A DNA stretch of 64,000 bases from contig CM074814.1 of NCBI GenBank assembly GCA_037447605.1, forward strand, positions 2,480,001 to 2,544,000, written 5' to 3'. Shown piece after piece: positions 47,053-57,388 of this stretch (position 1 is its first letter; the number at the start of each line of letters is the position of its first letter). The translations under genes were made by a program, and so were the position numbers. The notes under the pieces are model-generated. The model made no database searches, was not told the origin of the DNA, and was given only the letters and a program-made list of their open reading frames with translations. The DNA is from Zygnema circumcarinatum SAG 698-1b. Taxonomy: Eukaryota > Plantae > Zygnematophyceae.

Positions 47053-48309
47053 TTATCTGAACCCTTCAAGTAGCCGCAAAACTGCCAAAGACTGTCTTCC
47101 TGCCGGAAGGGCCTGAACAAGCTCAAGGGGAGTCCTCCCCTTTTCATCTCTCACAAAGGGATCCGCCCCTCCTTCAAGGAGCGCCCTCACAGCCCCTTCA
47201 TGCCGCCATCCAGCTGCCGCATGCAGGGCACTCCTCTGCTCGCTCCTAGTATTTACATCACTACCTCCAAATTTTAAAAGAAATTTTACCATTTCTTCTT
47301 GGCCCTGGCAGGCAGCCCAATATAAGGGAGTTGCTCCACTCCTGTCTCCCATGGAGGGGTCTGCTCCCTCTTGCAAGAGAAGCTCTGCGGTTTCAATATG
47401 GCCTTGAGCTGCGGCATAGTGGAGAGGAGTGCAGCCTGCAGCATCGGCAGCCATGGGAGAAGCTCCGGCTGCGAGGAGGAGGCGTAAGGAGGAGCCATGG
47501 CCGCCTGATGCAGCTTCATGGCAGGGCTGCATACCGCTAAGATCGGAGGAGGAGGGAGAGGCCCCGTGCTCAAGGAGCCATAAGAGCACAGGGTGGTGCC
47601 CAAAGCGAGCTGCGCTGTGGAGGGGGGTGCGGCCGTTTTTGGTGCGCACATTGGCAAAGGGTGGGAGAGAGGGAGAAGGAGGAGGAGGAGGAGGAAGGGG
47701 AGAAGAAGGAGAGCGGGAAGGTGGAGGAGGATGGGAGAGAGATGGAGTGGGTGGAGTAGGAGAGGGAGAAGAAGAGGACGAAGAAGGGGGGTGAAGACGA
47801 GGAGGGGACGGAGAAGAGGGATAGTGGGAAGAAGGTGGAGGGAGAGGAGGAGGAGAGGAAGAAGAAGGAGACGATGATAAAATAGAGAGAGAAGGTAGAG
47901 GAGGAAGAGGAGGAGAGGAAGAAGAGAGGTAAGCAATTGCAAGAGTCTCTAAGACAGGCAACGACCCTGCTCTGGCTGCAATATGGACAGGTGTCTCTCC
48001 CTTATTGTCCTTCTCCAGAGGGTTGGCGCCATGGGAGAGCAAGAGAGCTGCCACACCTTCGTGTCCTCCGGCAGCCGCAGCATGAAGGGGAGTGAAGCCA
48101 TTGCTCTTGTGAGGAGCAGCCATGGCTCCTGCTTGAAGAAGGAGCTCTACCAGAGGAAGGTTCCCGAAAGCAGCAGCTATGTGGAGGGCAGTTTTTCCGA
48201 GGCGGTCACGAGAGTCAGGTTGGTGGTGGGAGTGTAGGAGAGAGAGGACAGAATTTAGGGTTCCCGATTCTGCGGCTGAGTGGAGGGAGGGAGGGGGAGG
48301 GCAAGCCAT
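47053..48309 (-). CDS. Intronless ankyrin-repeat protein (about 10 repeats, Ser/Pro linker)
   Basis: Uninterrupted 418-aa ORF with repeated TALH/TPLH-xAAxxG motifs (GKTALHIAAAFG, GFTPLHAAAAGG, GRTPLHSAARFG, GCTPLHYAAAQG, GATPLYWAACQG). Confidence 0.9.
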   Translation of the reverse strand: MACPPPPSLHSAAESGTLNSVLSLLHSHHQPDSRDRLGKTALHIAAAFGNLPLVELLLQAGAMAAPHKSNGFTPLHAAAAGGHEGVAALLLSHGANPLEKDNKGETPVHIAARAGSLPVLETLAIAYLSSSSPPLPPLPSLSILSSSPSSSSPPPLPPPSSHYPSSPSPPRLHPPSSSSSSPSPTPPTPSLSHPPPPSRSPSSPLPPPPPPSPSLPPFANVRTKNGRTPLHSAARFGHHPVLLWLLEHGASPSSSDLSGMQPCHEAASGGHGSSLRLLLAAGASPMAADAAGCTPLHYAAAQGHIETAELLLQEGADPSMGDRSGATPLYWAACQGQEEMVKFLLKFGGSDVNTRSEQRSALHAAAGWRHEGAVRALLEGGADPFVRDEKGRTPLELVQALPAGRQSLAVLRLLEGFR

Positions 48310-48617
48310 GGACGAGCCTGGTGATGGAGGGAGGCTTTGGAATTAAGGTTGGAAGGATTTAGGGTTGAGGGGTGGAAGGAGAGAGGAGAGATGGGTGGAA
48401 GAGGGAGCGGGAGAGAAAACTGTTGGAGATGGGTTTGAAACCCTTCTAGTGGGGTCTATAGGAGGTAGCATTGGAGAGATGCATGCTATGTGCGCGTAGC
48501 AGGGCATAAAAACACTCTCCCTTTCCCTCCCCCTCTCCCCATGCGACGTGGGAGAAAGCAGTTTCGAGAAGCTGGTCCAGTTAATGCCTACGGGTAGAGT
48601 GAGAGCTGATGTTAAAA

Positions 48618-48725
48618 TTAGGGTTTATGGGATTAGCGTTAGGGTTCGGGTTAGGGTTAGGGTTAGGGTAGGGTTAGGGTGAGGGTTAGGGTAGGGTTAG
48701 GGTAGGGTTAGGGTTAGGGTTAGGG
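48618..48725. repeat. Interstitial telomere-like (TTAGGG)n array
   Basis: Mostly TTAGGG with TAGGG, TGAGGG and TTCGGG variants. A shorter degenerate tract lies at 46646-46712. Confidence 0.85.
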
Positions 48726-48779
48726 TAATACTGAAGTCAGCTTGTAAGCAGTTAAGCACTGACTGAGTACTTTGCAGGC

Positions 48780-49070
48780 AGATCGCGATGTCCCAAATGG
48801 TTGGTTACACGTCCAATGATTGCCAACCATTGGCCATGGCCGGCTGGGTCGCACAACAATGGTTTCGCAACCACGGCGACGGTTGGTCCAATGGTTGATC
48901 CAATGGTTGGTCCGACCTGCGCCATCCATACGGAAGTGCAACTGTTTGTTGCAAAACGCGCGACGACATGGTCAGTTTCCATGCTCGGCCTGCTACAGTT
49001 CGAGTTCCAGTTACAGTCACCGTTCTACTGTGTGCACTGAACTGGATTCATTGGTAATTAATGGCGCTCA
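48780..49070. repeat. Copy of the CCAATGGTT repeat family
   Basis: ccaaatggttgg...gccaaccattggcc...ggctgggtcgc...ccaatggttgatccaatggttgg, matching 27720-27900. Confidence 0.7.
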
Positions 49071-50421
49071 GTGAAGATTCCCATACTGCCGCACAGTCAG
49101 AGAGAGAGAGAGAGAGAAAGAGAGAAGTCATGGCAGCGATGGCGAGCGTGAGAGCTGACTGATGGCGATGTGGGGCATCCATGTCTACGCGCACATGGAC
49201 ATGGACATGGCGCGTTTATCGGGCGAGGGTGTGGGCACAGCAGTGGCAGGGTTGGAGCCAAAGTACCACATAGGCAGGAGGAGGAGGGAAGGAGAGAAAC
49301 GGGGGAAGGGAGAGAGAGAAGTGGGAGAAATCGGGCACAGATGAAAAGAAAGAGGGAGAGAGAGAGAGAGTGAGGGGGGAGGTAGGAGATGGGAGAGAGG
49401 AAGGGGGGGAGGGGAGAGAGAGCGGGGAAAGATTTGGGAATAGAAATGACGAGAATGCAATGGGATGGGAGAGCGAGAGAGAGAGAGGAAAAGCGCTTCA
49501 GTCGAGCGCGACAAGGCGAGAATTATGAAATCCTTTCCTTCACCCTGTTTCTCTCTCTCTCTCCCTCTCACCCTCGTCGTCACCTCTACCTTCCCCCCTC
49601 CCACTCCCACTCCCTCTCCCTCTCCCTCTCCCTCTCCCTCCCTCCCTCCCTCTCCCTCTCCTTCCTCCCTCCCTCCCTTTCCTCCCTCCCTTCTTTCCCT
49701 CCCCTCCCCTCCCTCCCTTCTCTCCCTCCCCTCCCTCCCTCCTCCCTCCCTCCCTCCCTTCTTTCCTCCCTCCCTCCCTCCCTCCTCCTTTCTTTTCCTT
49801 TCTTTCTTTCCCTTTCTTTCCTTCCCTCTCCCTTTCCTCCCTCCCTTCTTTCCCTCTCCCTCCCTCTCCCCTCCCCTCCCCTCCCTCTCCCTCCCCTCCC
49901 TTTCCTCCCTCCCTTTCCCTTTCTTCTCCCTCCCTCCCTCCCTCCCTCCCTCTTTCCCTCCCCTCTCCCTCCCTCCCTCCCTCCCTCTCTCCCTTCTCCC
50001 TCTCCCTCTCCCTCTCCCTCTCCCTCTCCCTCTCCATCTCCCTCTGTTCTGTATATCCTGTCAAACATGGAACCCAATAAGAGACTCTGAACCACATCCC
50101 TCACATTCAAAGGAAGTAAACCATCCGAGACTTAAAAAATTCATCTCCTTCAAGTGAAGCCATTTGGTGGACCGACCGTGGTCGATCTTATTGCACTCAC
50201 TTCAGCTCTAAGTTGAGCGCATCAATCATAACTGCAAAAATCATGAATGAAAGATGAAATCGAGCCTGACCTTCCCCCGAACATCCTATTTGACTTCAGC
50301 TCCGAAGTCAACGAGGGGAAATCTAAAGTCAATCAGGATCAATCATGTAGATCGCTTTCATCCTATTCATGCTTGGTCAACCTCTCTACTCCTACCATCT
50401 ATCTACTCCTACGTTCCATGA

Positions 50422-52157
50422 TCAAAACTCCCAATCCAATCCGTTCAACGGAACTTCAAGCGACTTCACTTTCCGTAACTTTGGGATTGTCCTTGCCATC
50501 ATTGCTGCCTCATACGCTGCCATTTCGCCAGAATCGTCGACGCATCCCCTTCCAAACTCCCTCTTTGGAAATGGAGCTGACTTGGACATCCAATACTCGT
50601 TTGACTCATGTTGACCGTTCGGGCCCGGAGTCGCACAGTTCTCTTTCATTGCAAAGTCAAATTTCACTTGAGGAGACCTCCTCCTCCCAGACAAGTTCCC
50701 TGAAGAGAGCTGCTGCCAAACCCATCCGAGCCGTCCGATTCTCAGATCCAACGATGGTGATGATGAAATCTCACTCATCGATGAATGACTGCTTGTTCCC
50801 TCCCCATCATCTGAGCCGTCTGAACCTCTCACTTTTGGGCCATGTCGGAACCATTCGAGGTCCCACAGAACTGCCGACTCCGCACGCGAGAGAGGGACTG
50901 CCCCTTCCATTAGGAGAGCCTCCTCTTTTGGAGCCTTTGCCTTCCAGTTGCTCCTAAGGTGGTTCCGGAAAGACAAGGTCTGCATGGCCGGCGGGCGCAT
51001 GCATGGCTCGGCGGCCGCTCGATGGAAGCGGGAGACCATCCACGCCTCGTGATGAGCCCTCGTTTGGGCGGCCACGGAACCAATCGACGTGAGGGTTTTG
51101 AGCACTTGACGGGTCTTGAACTCGGGTCCTGCGCAATGCAAAAACAAATCGGATATAGATACGTTTTTTTGATTTTTTGTTGTTTAAATGCGATGCAAAA
51201 GGTACATGTTACGCTGCACTCTCTCGTTTCCCTCCTTGCAAAGCTCCCTCTCACTCTCCCTCTCTCACCTTCATCCAACGCCCCTCCCGTCTGCAGCCAC
51301 TTCTTCACCATGAGGCCCATCCCCGGGAGATGAACCTCCACGTCCTTCCACTCGCGCAGCACGTCAGCCATGGCGTCATCCGCGGCGATCCCCACGACGG
51401 TCCACGCCCCCTTCCTCCCCTTCTTCTCTCTCTCCCCCCATCTCTCTCTCCCTCTTTCTTCTACCAAAAAAAAAGCTCCCAACGGTACGATCCGGTACAC
51501 GTCCCCGACTCTCCGCACCCGGCTCGCCCCAATATCCAAAATTTCCAAAGGCTCCCCCCCCCCCTCGTCACCCTCACTCTCTCTCCTGTTGGGAGAGGCA
51601 GTGAGAGAGCGAGAGTGCGAGTTGAAGAGAGAGAGAGAGGGAGAGAGATGGGGGGAGCTCGTTCTTGGGAGGAAGCCCACGTTCCATGGCGCGTTGTCCG
51701 GATAGCAGGAGACCCGCTCTCCGTTAAACTGACCTCCTTCGCCTGTTACGGAAACGGAGGCATCCATGGCCTCCCTCGGGCCGACCTTTCTGGAGCTTAG
51801 CTTTGGGGGGCGCAGGAAGGGCAGCGCTGCCACGTGGCGTAAACTGATTGGCTGCATTTTGTTCATGCGCTGCCTGGCGTCGAATGGCGAAGCGATACGT
51901 GGCGTGTGACTGGCCCGCAGTGGGTGGTAGGGCTCGTCCGTAGCTGCCACGTGGCGCACCCACGTGCCGGTCGGCGTGGTGCAGACGAATGAGAGAGCGC
52001 CATGTGGCAGGATGGGCGGAATGTCGTCAAGAGGTGACAAGTGGCAGCCGGAGGTGTTGTCGAAAAGGAAGACGCGGTGGGAGAAGGCGCCGGGTGAGCC
52101 GAAGGAGGAGGTGGTTATGGAGGGGAGGGGAGAGGGAGAGGGGTGGGAGTGGTCCAT
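50422..52157 (-). CDS. Family-I soluble inorganic pyrophosphatase-like protein, catalytic residues degenerate, long C-terminal extension
   Basis: Exons 52157-51269 and 51128-50422 (GAAG|gtgaga...gcgcag|GA, phase-correct). Fold landmarks in order: HRVFLFD..HLSPLDDIP, ATDEPYHPLR, YPDNAPWNVGFLPRT, EPLEILDIG, VGDVYRIVPLGAF, WTVVGIAADD, DVEVHLPG, HHEAW. Confidence 0.8.
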
Positions 52158-53735
52158 GGATGGAGGGAGGGAGAGAGAGAGAGAAAAAGAGAGAGATGTG
52201 TGAAAATGGAGTGGTGAGAGAAGAAAAAAATCAAGGGGCGAGAGGGGCAGGGAGGGCGAGAGGGAAAGAAATGGGGGAAATTGAGATTTTTAGAAAGGGG
52301 AGAAAGAGAGAGTGAGATGGAGAGAGAGGGCGAGGGAGAGAGAGAGGAGAGGGAGACGGATCGAGGAGATGAACGAGAGGGGAGTGAAGGCAAACAATGG
52401 TGAGAAATAGAGGAGTGAAATGTAACAGGGCAAGGGTGTCAGGGAAAGCGAAATGGAGAGAGAAACTTGATGGAGATAGGGGAGAGAGGGAGAGGAAGAG
52501 GTAGCGGGAGAGATGGGGAGAGAGAGGCACTGAGAGAAGAGGAGATAGGGGGAGAGAGAGGGGGCGAGAGAGGAAGAGAGAGGATGATATAGCGGGAGAT
52601 AGAGGTTTGGATAGAGAGGGGGAGATAGAAAGAGAGAGAGATAAGGGAGTCAGGAAGAGAGAGGGAGGGAGGAGGGAGTGAGAGAGAGATAGAGACTGGG
52701 AGAGAGGCTGTTGGGAGGGCGAGCGCGAGACCGGCGGCGGCCGGGGAGGCGGCGCAACTTGAAAAGAGCGAAAAAGGGGACATCCGTACATTTGTACAGT
52801 TATGTCCGTACATCGGGTTGAGCCGTCGTACGGCTCATTTCTGGCTGTGAATAGAGCACCGGGAAATCCGCGAACCCTAAATTTCGTCATCGGGCAGGAA
52901 GAAAATGTTTGCAAAATGAATGTCCGAACTGATTGGGCTGACGTGGATTGACGATATTGGCTGGAGATTGTGTCGGTGGTCAGTTTTCAGTGACATGCTT
53001 TTGTTGAAAAGTTTTCGATCTGACCTTTCTTTTGTTATTTTGAAACGGCGAAACTTTGCGCGGCGGTTTGGGCGCCGAAAGGGGAAGATTTACGGGCTGC
53101 CGTACGTATTTGTCGTTTTATTGCGTTGCCAATTGTCGCATGTCGGCGGACTTTGCTGACACGCGGCCTCTTTTGGAGTATAAAAACGGCTCATAATTGT
53201 CGTTTACGAAAAATCAAGTCAATGGCCGCGTGCCACGTGGCACGTGGCGCAAAGTTATTGCTTAGTCAATACTGGTTCAATGTCGGTGGAGACACTCTGA
53301 CGTCATCGTATCTGCCAGGTGGCATGTGAAAAGCCGACAGCTGTAAAGGATGTCTTTTTGGCCGACATTGGATTTCCTGTACTATTATTGTGTCAAATTG
53401 TGTGTTCGTACGGTCAAGGTACGAGTCTAATCATTAGATTCACCGACATTCGTTCTTTCCAAGCTTGTTCTTTTCGATAGTTGTGCCAAAGTCCTTATGT
53501 TCTTTTGGAATTTACTGCTGCGATTTTGCCGACAAATCTGACGGTCGTAACGTCAGATTTGATCGGATGTACTTTGGCCGAAGGCAAAAACACGTAAAGG
53601 TTTTTTTTTTTTTTTTTTTTTTGTAGAAAATCATTTCAAATGGGGTAACGCCACGTGTCATATCTGAAAGCCCAGAAATGTTTTTGTCTACCCGCTTTTT
53701 CGCCTTTGAAGACTTTGGACCAAATCTGCCCAATA

Positions 53736-54312
53736 GGGCGTGTCAGACTTAAAAAATTCTCGTAATACTGAAAACTCGATATTCGTAATATTTCGAGTCA
53801 ACGTCAGTAAAACTAAAATTCCCGAGCGTAGTTTTTCGCACTCGCGGCGCGGTCCTGTTCGCACTCCGCGATCGCCGTCTTCGCACTTCTCCAAACGCCG
53901 TCTTCGCAACTTCGCCCTCGCGCGGGGCCCTCAGACTTAGAAACAGCGCCGGCGCGGCGCGCGGAGTCCGCTTGTCGTTGTGTCGTGTTGCGCGTCACGG
54001 GCGGGCGCGGGCGCGGGCAGGAAGCCGGGAAAACAACCATGACGTCACGTTGACGCAATTTTCGCCAGTATTTTCTTCGCACGTCCATTTCAGCGCCTCT
54101 TTTGGGTGCGAACAAAATCGTGCGAAGAAATGCAATTTCAGTAAACCCCACGGGTCAATCTTCGCAACGTTGACCCGTTGACTTAGCACAGTTGACTTCC
54201 GTTTGGTTCGGTTTAGGTTCGGGGGCGCGATGATTTTTAGTACTTAGTAACCTCGATTCTCGTAATACTAAAAACTCGATATTCGTAACATTTTGTTAAG
54301 TCTGACACGCCC
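53736..54312. mobile_element. MITE with 17-bp perfect TIR and TA flanks
   Basis: Left end GGGCGTGTCAGACTTAA (53736); right end TTAAGTCTGACACGCCC (ends 54312); TA on both sides. An internal direct repeat ttctcgtaatact.aaaactcgatattcgtaa sits near both ends. No ORF. Confidence 0.85.
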
Positions 54313-54396
54313 TAATGGGAACGTTTATCACTCTTTTTTTCAATCTCCACATTTTGAGAATCGTGCTCCGAACGATTTAAAAAATCGAAAAAAAAA

Positions 54397-54922
54397 GGAT
54401 AGTGTGATTTTCAGCCCTTTTTTGGATCAAAACATCCCTTCCCGGCCGGGCAGATTTTAAAAAGGCTTAAAAATGGAAAATGCTTTTTTCACTCGTTTTT
54501 GGAATCGATATCCACCTTTTTCCGTCGGCAGATTTTATTTTTGCAAATCAAGGAAAATGATACCCCGTCACCCCATTTTGAATATCTCGTCCCCCTGATT
54601 CGTTTTTGAGAGAAAGAAATATCGGCCTGCCCGAATCCGCTCGGAGCGATAGAACCTCGTCCTCCCACGAGATCGTTCGCTGGTGTCCGTCCTTAACACG
54701 TGCGGTCAACCTCAGCCGCCGATTCCCTCGCAGATCGCCCCAGGGCAGATCACAGTCGGGGTCGGTCAGGTCAGGTCGGGTCGGGTCGGTCGGGACGGAA
54801 AAAGGTGGATGTCGATTCCAAAAACGAGTGAAAAAAGCATTTTCCATTTTTGAGCCTTTTTAAAATCGCCCGGCCGGGAAGGAGTGTTTCGATCCAAAAA
54901 AGGGGTGGAAATAACACTACCG
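54397..54922. mobile_element. Long-TIR foldback (MULE-like) non-autonomous element, copy 1
   Basis: 54415-54540 is the reverse complement of 54795-54920 (cccttcccggccgggcagatt / cgcccggccgggaagg; tttttggaatcga / tcgattccaaaaa). Flanked by A-tracts. Confidence 0.7.
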
Positions 54923-54930
54923 GAAAAAAA

Positions 54931-55816
54931 GGGTAGTGATATTTCCACCCCTTTTTTGGATCCAAACACCCCTTCCCGGCCGGGCAGATTTCAAAAAGGA
55001 TTAAAAACGGAAAATGCTTTTTTCACACCTTTTTGGAATCGATACCACCCTCCATCGGCAGATTTTATTTCTGCGAAACAAGGAAAATAATAACCCGTCA
55101 CCCTATTTTGAATATCCCGCCTACCTGAATTTTTTTTCACGCGTGCGGTCAATCGCAGCCGTCGATTCCCTCGAAGATCCCAACACGGCAGATCACTATT
55201 TGACCGGCAGCCGGGCTCGGTCACAGCGCATGGCACGTGTCCACGTATCCCGCCAAAGTCCTCTCAAAGGTTTGTCCGTACAAATGTCATACAGTAGGAC
55301 CCCGTCATATTTTCCACCTTCAAAAGTGCGTCCCCAATAAATTCGCCCCGATTTGCCGAAACCACCTTTTTGTACGGTAACTTCGTGTTAGCCGTACTAT
55401 TCGTACTATCCGTACCATAAAAACCCTAAAACCTAAATTTGGCTTTGACGGGTCGTGGGCGCTTTCCATTCGCTAAGATCGAGCCCGGCTGCAGATCGAA
55501 CGGTGATCTGCAGTGGTGTGATCTGCGAGGGAATCGACAACTGCGATTGACACACACGTGTGAAGGACGGACACCCGCGAACGATCTCGTGGCGNNNNNN
55601 NNNNAAAAAATTCAGGGAGGCGGGAGACAGTATTCAAAATGCGGTGACGGGGTATCATTTTCCTTGGTTAGCAAAAATAAAATCAGCCGACGGAAGAAGG
55701 TGGGTATCGATTCCAAAAAGGTGTGAAAAAGCATTTTCTGTTTTTAATCCCTTTTGAAATCTGCCCGGCCGGAAGGGGTGTTTGGATCCAAAAAAGGGGT
55801 GGAAATATCACTACCC
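54931..55816. mobile_element. Long-TIR foldback (MULE-like) non-autonomous element, copy 2
   Basis: Starts GGGTAGTGATATTTCCACCCC and ends GGGGTGGAAATATCACTACCC. Inverted similarity runs about 200-300 bp inward. A-tracts on both flanks. Contains an N gap. Confidence 0.8.
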
Positions 55817-57388
55817 AAAAAAAACCTCGGTTCTGTTTTTCTCGTCTTTGTTGCCTCTCACAAAAGATTAGATATAACATGATACAATACGATGCGATAC
55901 TGTTATAAACGATACGTAGAAATACCATATTACACGATACGATGCGCGATGCGATGTAATACGATGATATCACGTGATGCGTTACGATACGCTCCCACTT
56001 GCACGGGATTGCGGACAAAGTCACACAACAGACGGTGAAGGTTCACGCCGAATTGGCGGCTTGACAGGCAAAAGTGAAAATAGTTACGGCAGTGATTCCG
56101 AGTTCAAAAAGGTAAAACTATACAAATTGCAAATTTGTAATTGAAATTGAAGTTCAAATAGAAAATCTGACGCCCAGCCCCATTGACATCGAGTATACGG
56201 CATGCCAATCTGGATGCCACATCACTTTCGCTCAGTCTGGATTCTCTCCATGACCAGATAGATCAGATTCAGAAAAGTACATTTCCCTGCTGATCAGATG
56301 TCAGAAAATCAGAAACAAAAAAATGCCACTCACTCACTCCTCGCTCAGATGGGGGCCCTCGAGGGCTTCCAGACCTAGAGGCTTAGTGCCTCCTCTTGGA
56401 TGGACCAGCACCTGCACGCCACGAGGCATCATGCATGACATGAGGAGCTCCTTGGAAACTCAAGAAGAAGCCTTATAGGAGAGGAACCAAAACCCTCGGA
56501 AGGCCGCTTTCCCTATTTGATGATGGAGGAAAGCACACAAAAGGAGGCATAGAAGCTGCCAAGCCAAGGGAGAAGCATGCAGCAAGTGTCCGATGAATAT
56601 GAAAATACATTCTCGGTTTGTTAGTTTCAGGCCAAAAACCGACACATTTTTTTCTGGAAATCACTCGACTGCACACCTCTAAGTTTCCCCGCCTCGCCCT
56701 GGTGCAAAATACTTTTTTACATGCAAACTCTTTCCTATCTCAATCAAATCCGAAACTTAAAAAGAATGCCATTATCTTGGGATCCTTTTCTACCTTTATC
56801 TTGGGATCCTTTTCTTCCTTTATCTTCCGGGTCCTTATTCTCTACCAATCTGAACTTGCCTCGACCTCCATCCCTTTCCCTCTCTGTCTTCTCTCGCTCT
56901 CTCTCGTTCTCTCTCTGCTCATCAAGTCATCATAGGAAACAATGTTGCCTCCTCTTCATCGATCCCTTTCCCCTCCTTTCAAAGTGAAAGCCCTCTTACC
57001 CCCCACCCCCCCCATCGTTGTCTCTCCTCCGCACATGGGGAGCCCTCGTCCCTTTTACTCGAAAGCTACTAAAGCAAGGGTAGCTTGTCTCTCCCTCCCT
57101 CCTGTCCCCCCACGATTGAATATACTCTTCCCATTGTTCTACGTGATTGTTCAAGACCCCCCCATTCATCATGCATGATACATAATTCACTATCCAAATC
57201 GGTCCACCGAAAGACTCCATTGTGTGCTCCGGGAGAAAGGACTGGCCACACAGGTGCCCCCCGCGAGCAAACAGCTTTTGAGCGGAACTTAAGAAGGACT
57301 AGTTTGATAGATACCAGTGCAGATACTATATACTGTATACTATATACTATATGCATTTCGGGAAAAGCTGCCTCAAAACCGCACTTTT

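Noticed and set aside
49130-50160. ORFs of 140-230 aa on both strands
   Set aside because: Dominated by GA/CT simple repeats; no consistent splice model or family motif.
50910-51268. C-terminal part of the 415-aa ORF (50910-52157)
   Set aside because: Intron read-through and wrong frame; the true continuation is the 50422-51128 frame.
54915-54938. CACTA...TAGTG read as a CACTA transposon
   Set aside because: The motifs face the wrong way for the long inverted arms, enclose only 14 bp, and have no 3-bp TSD; they are the abutting ends of two foldback elements.
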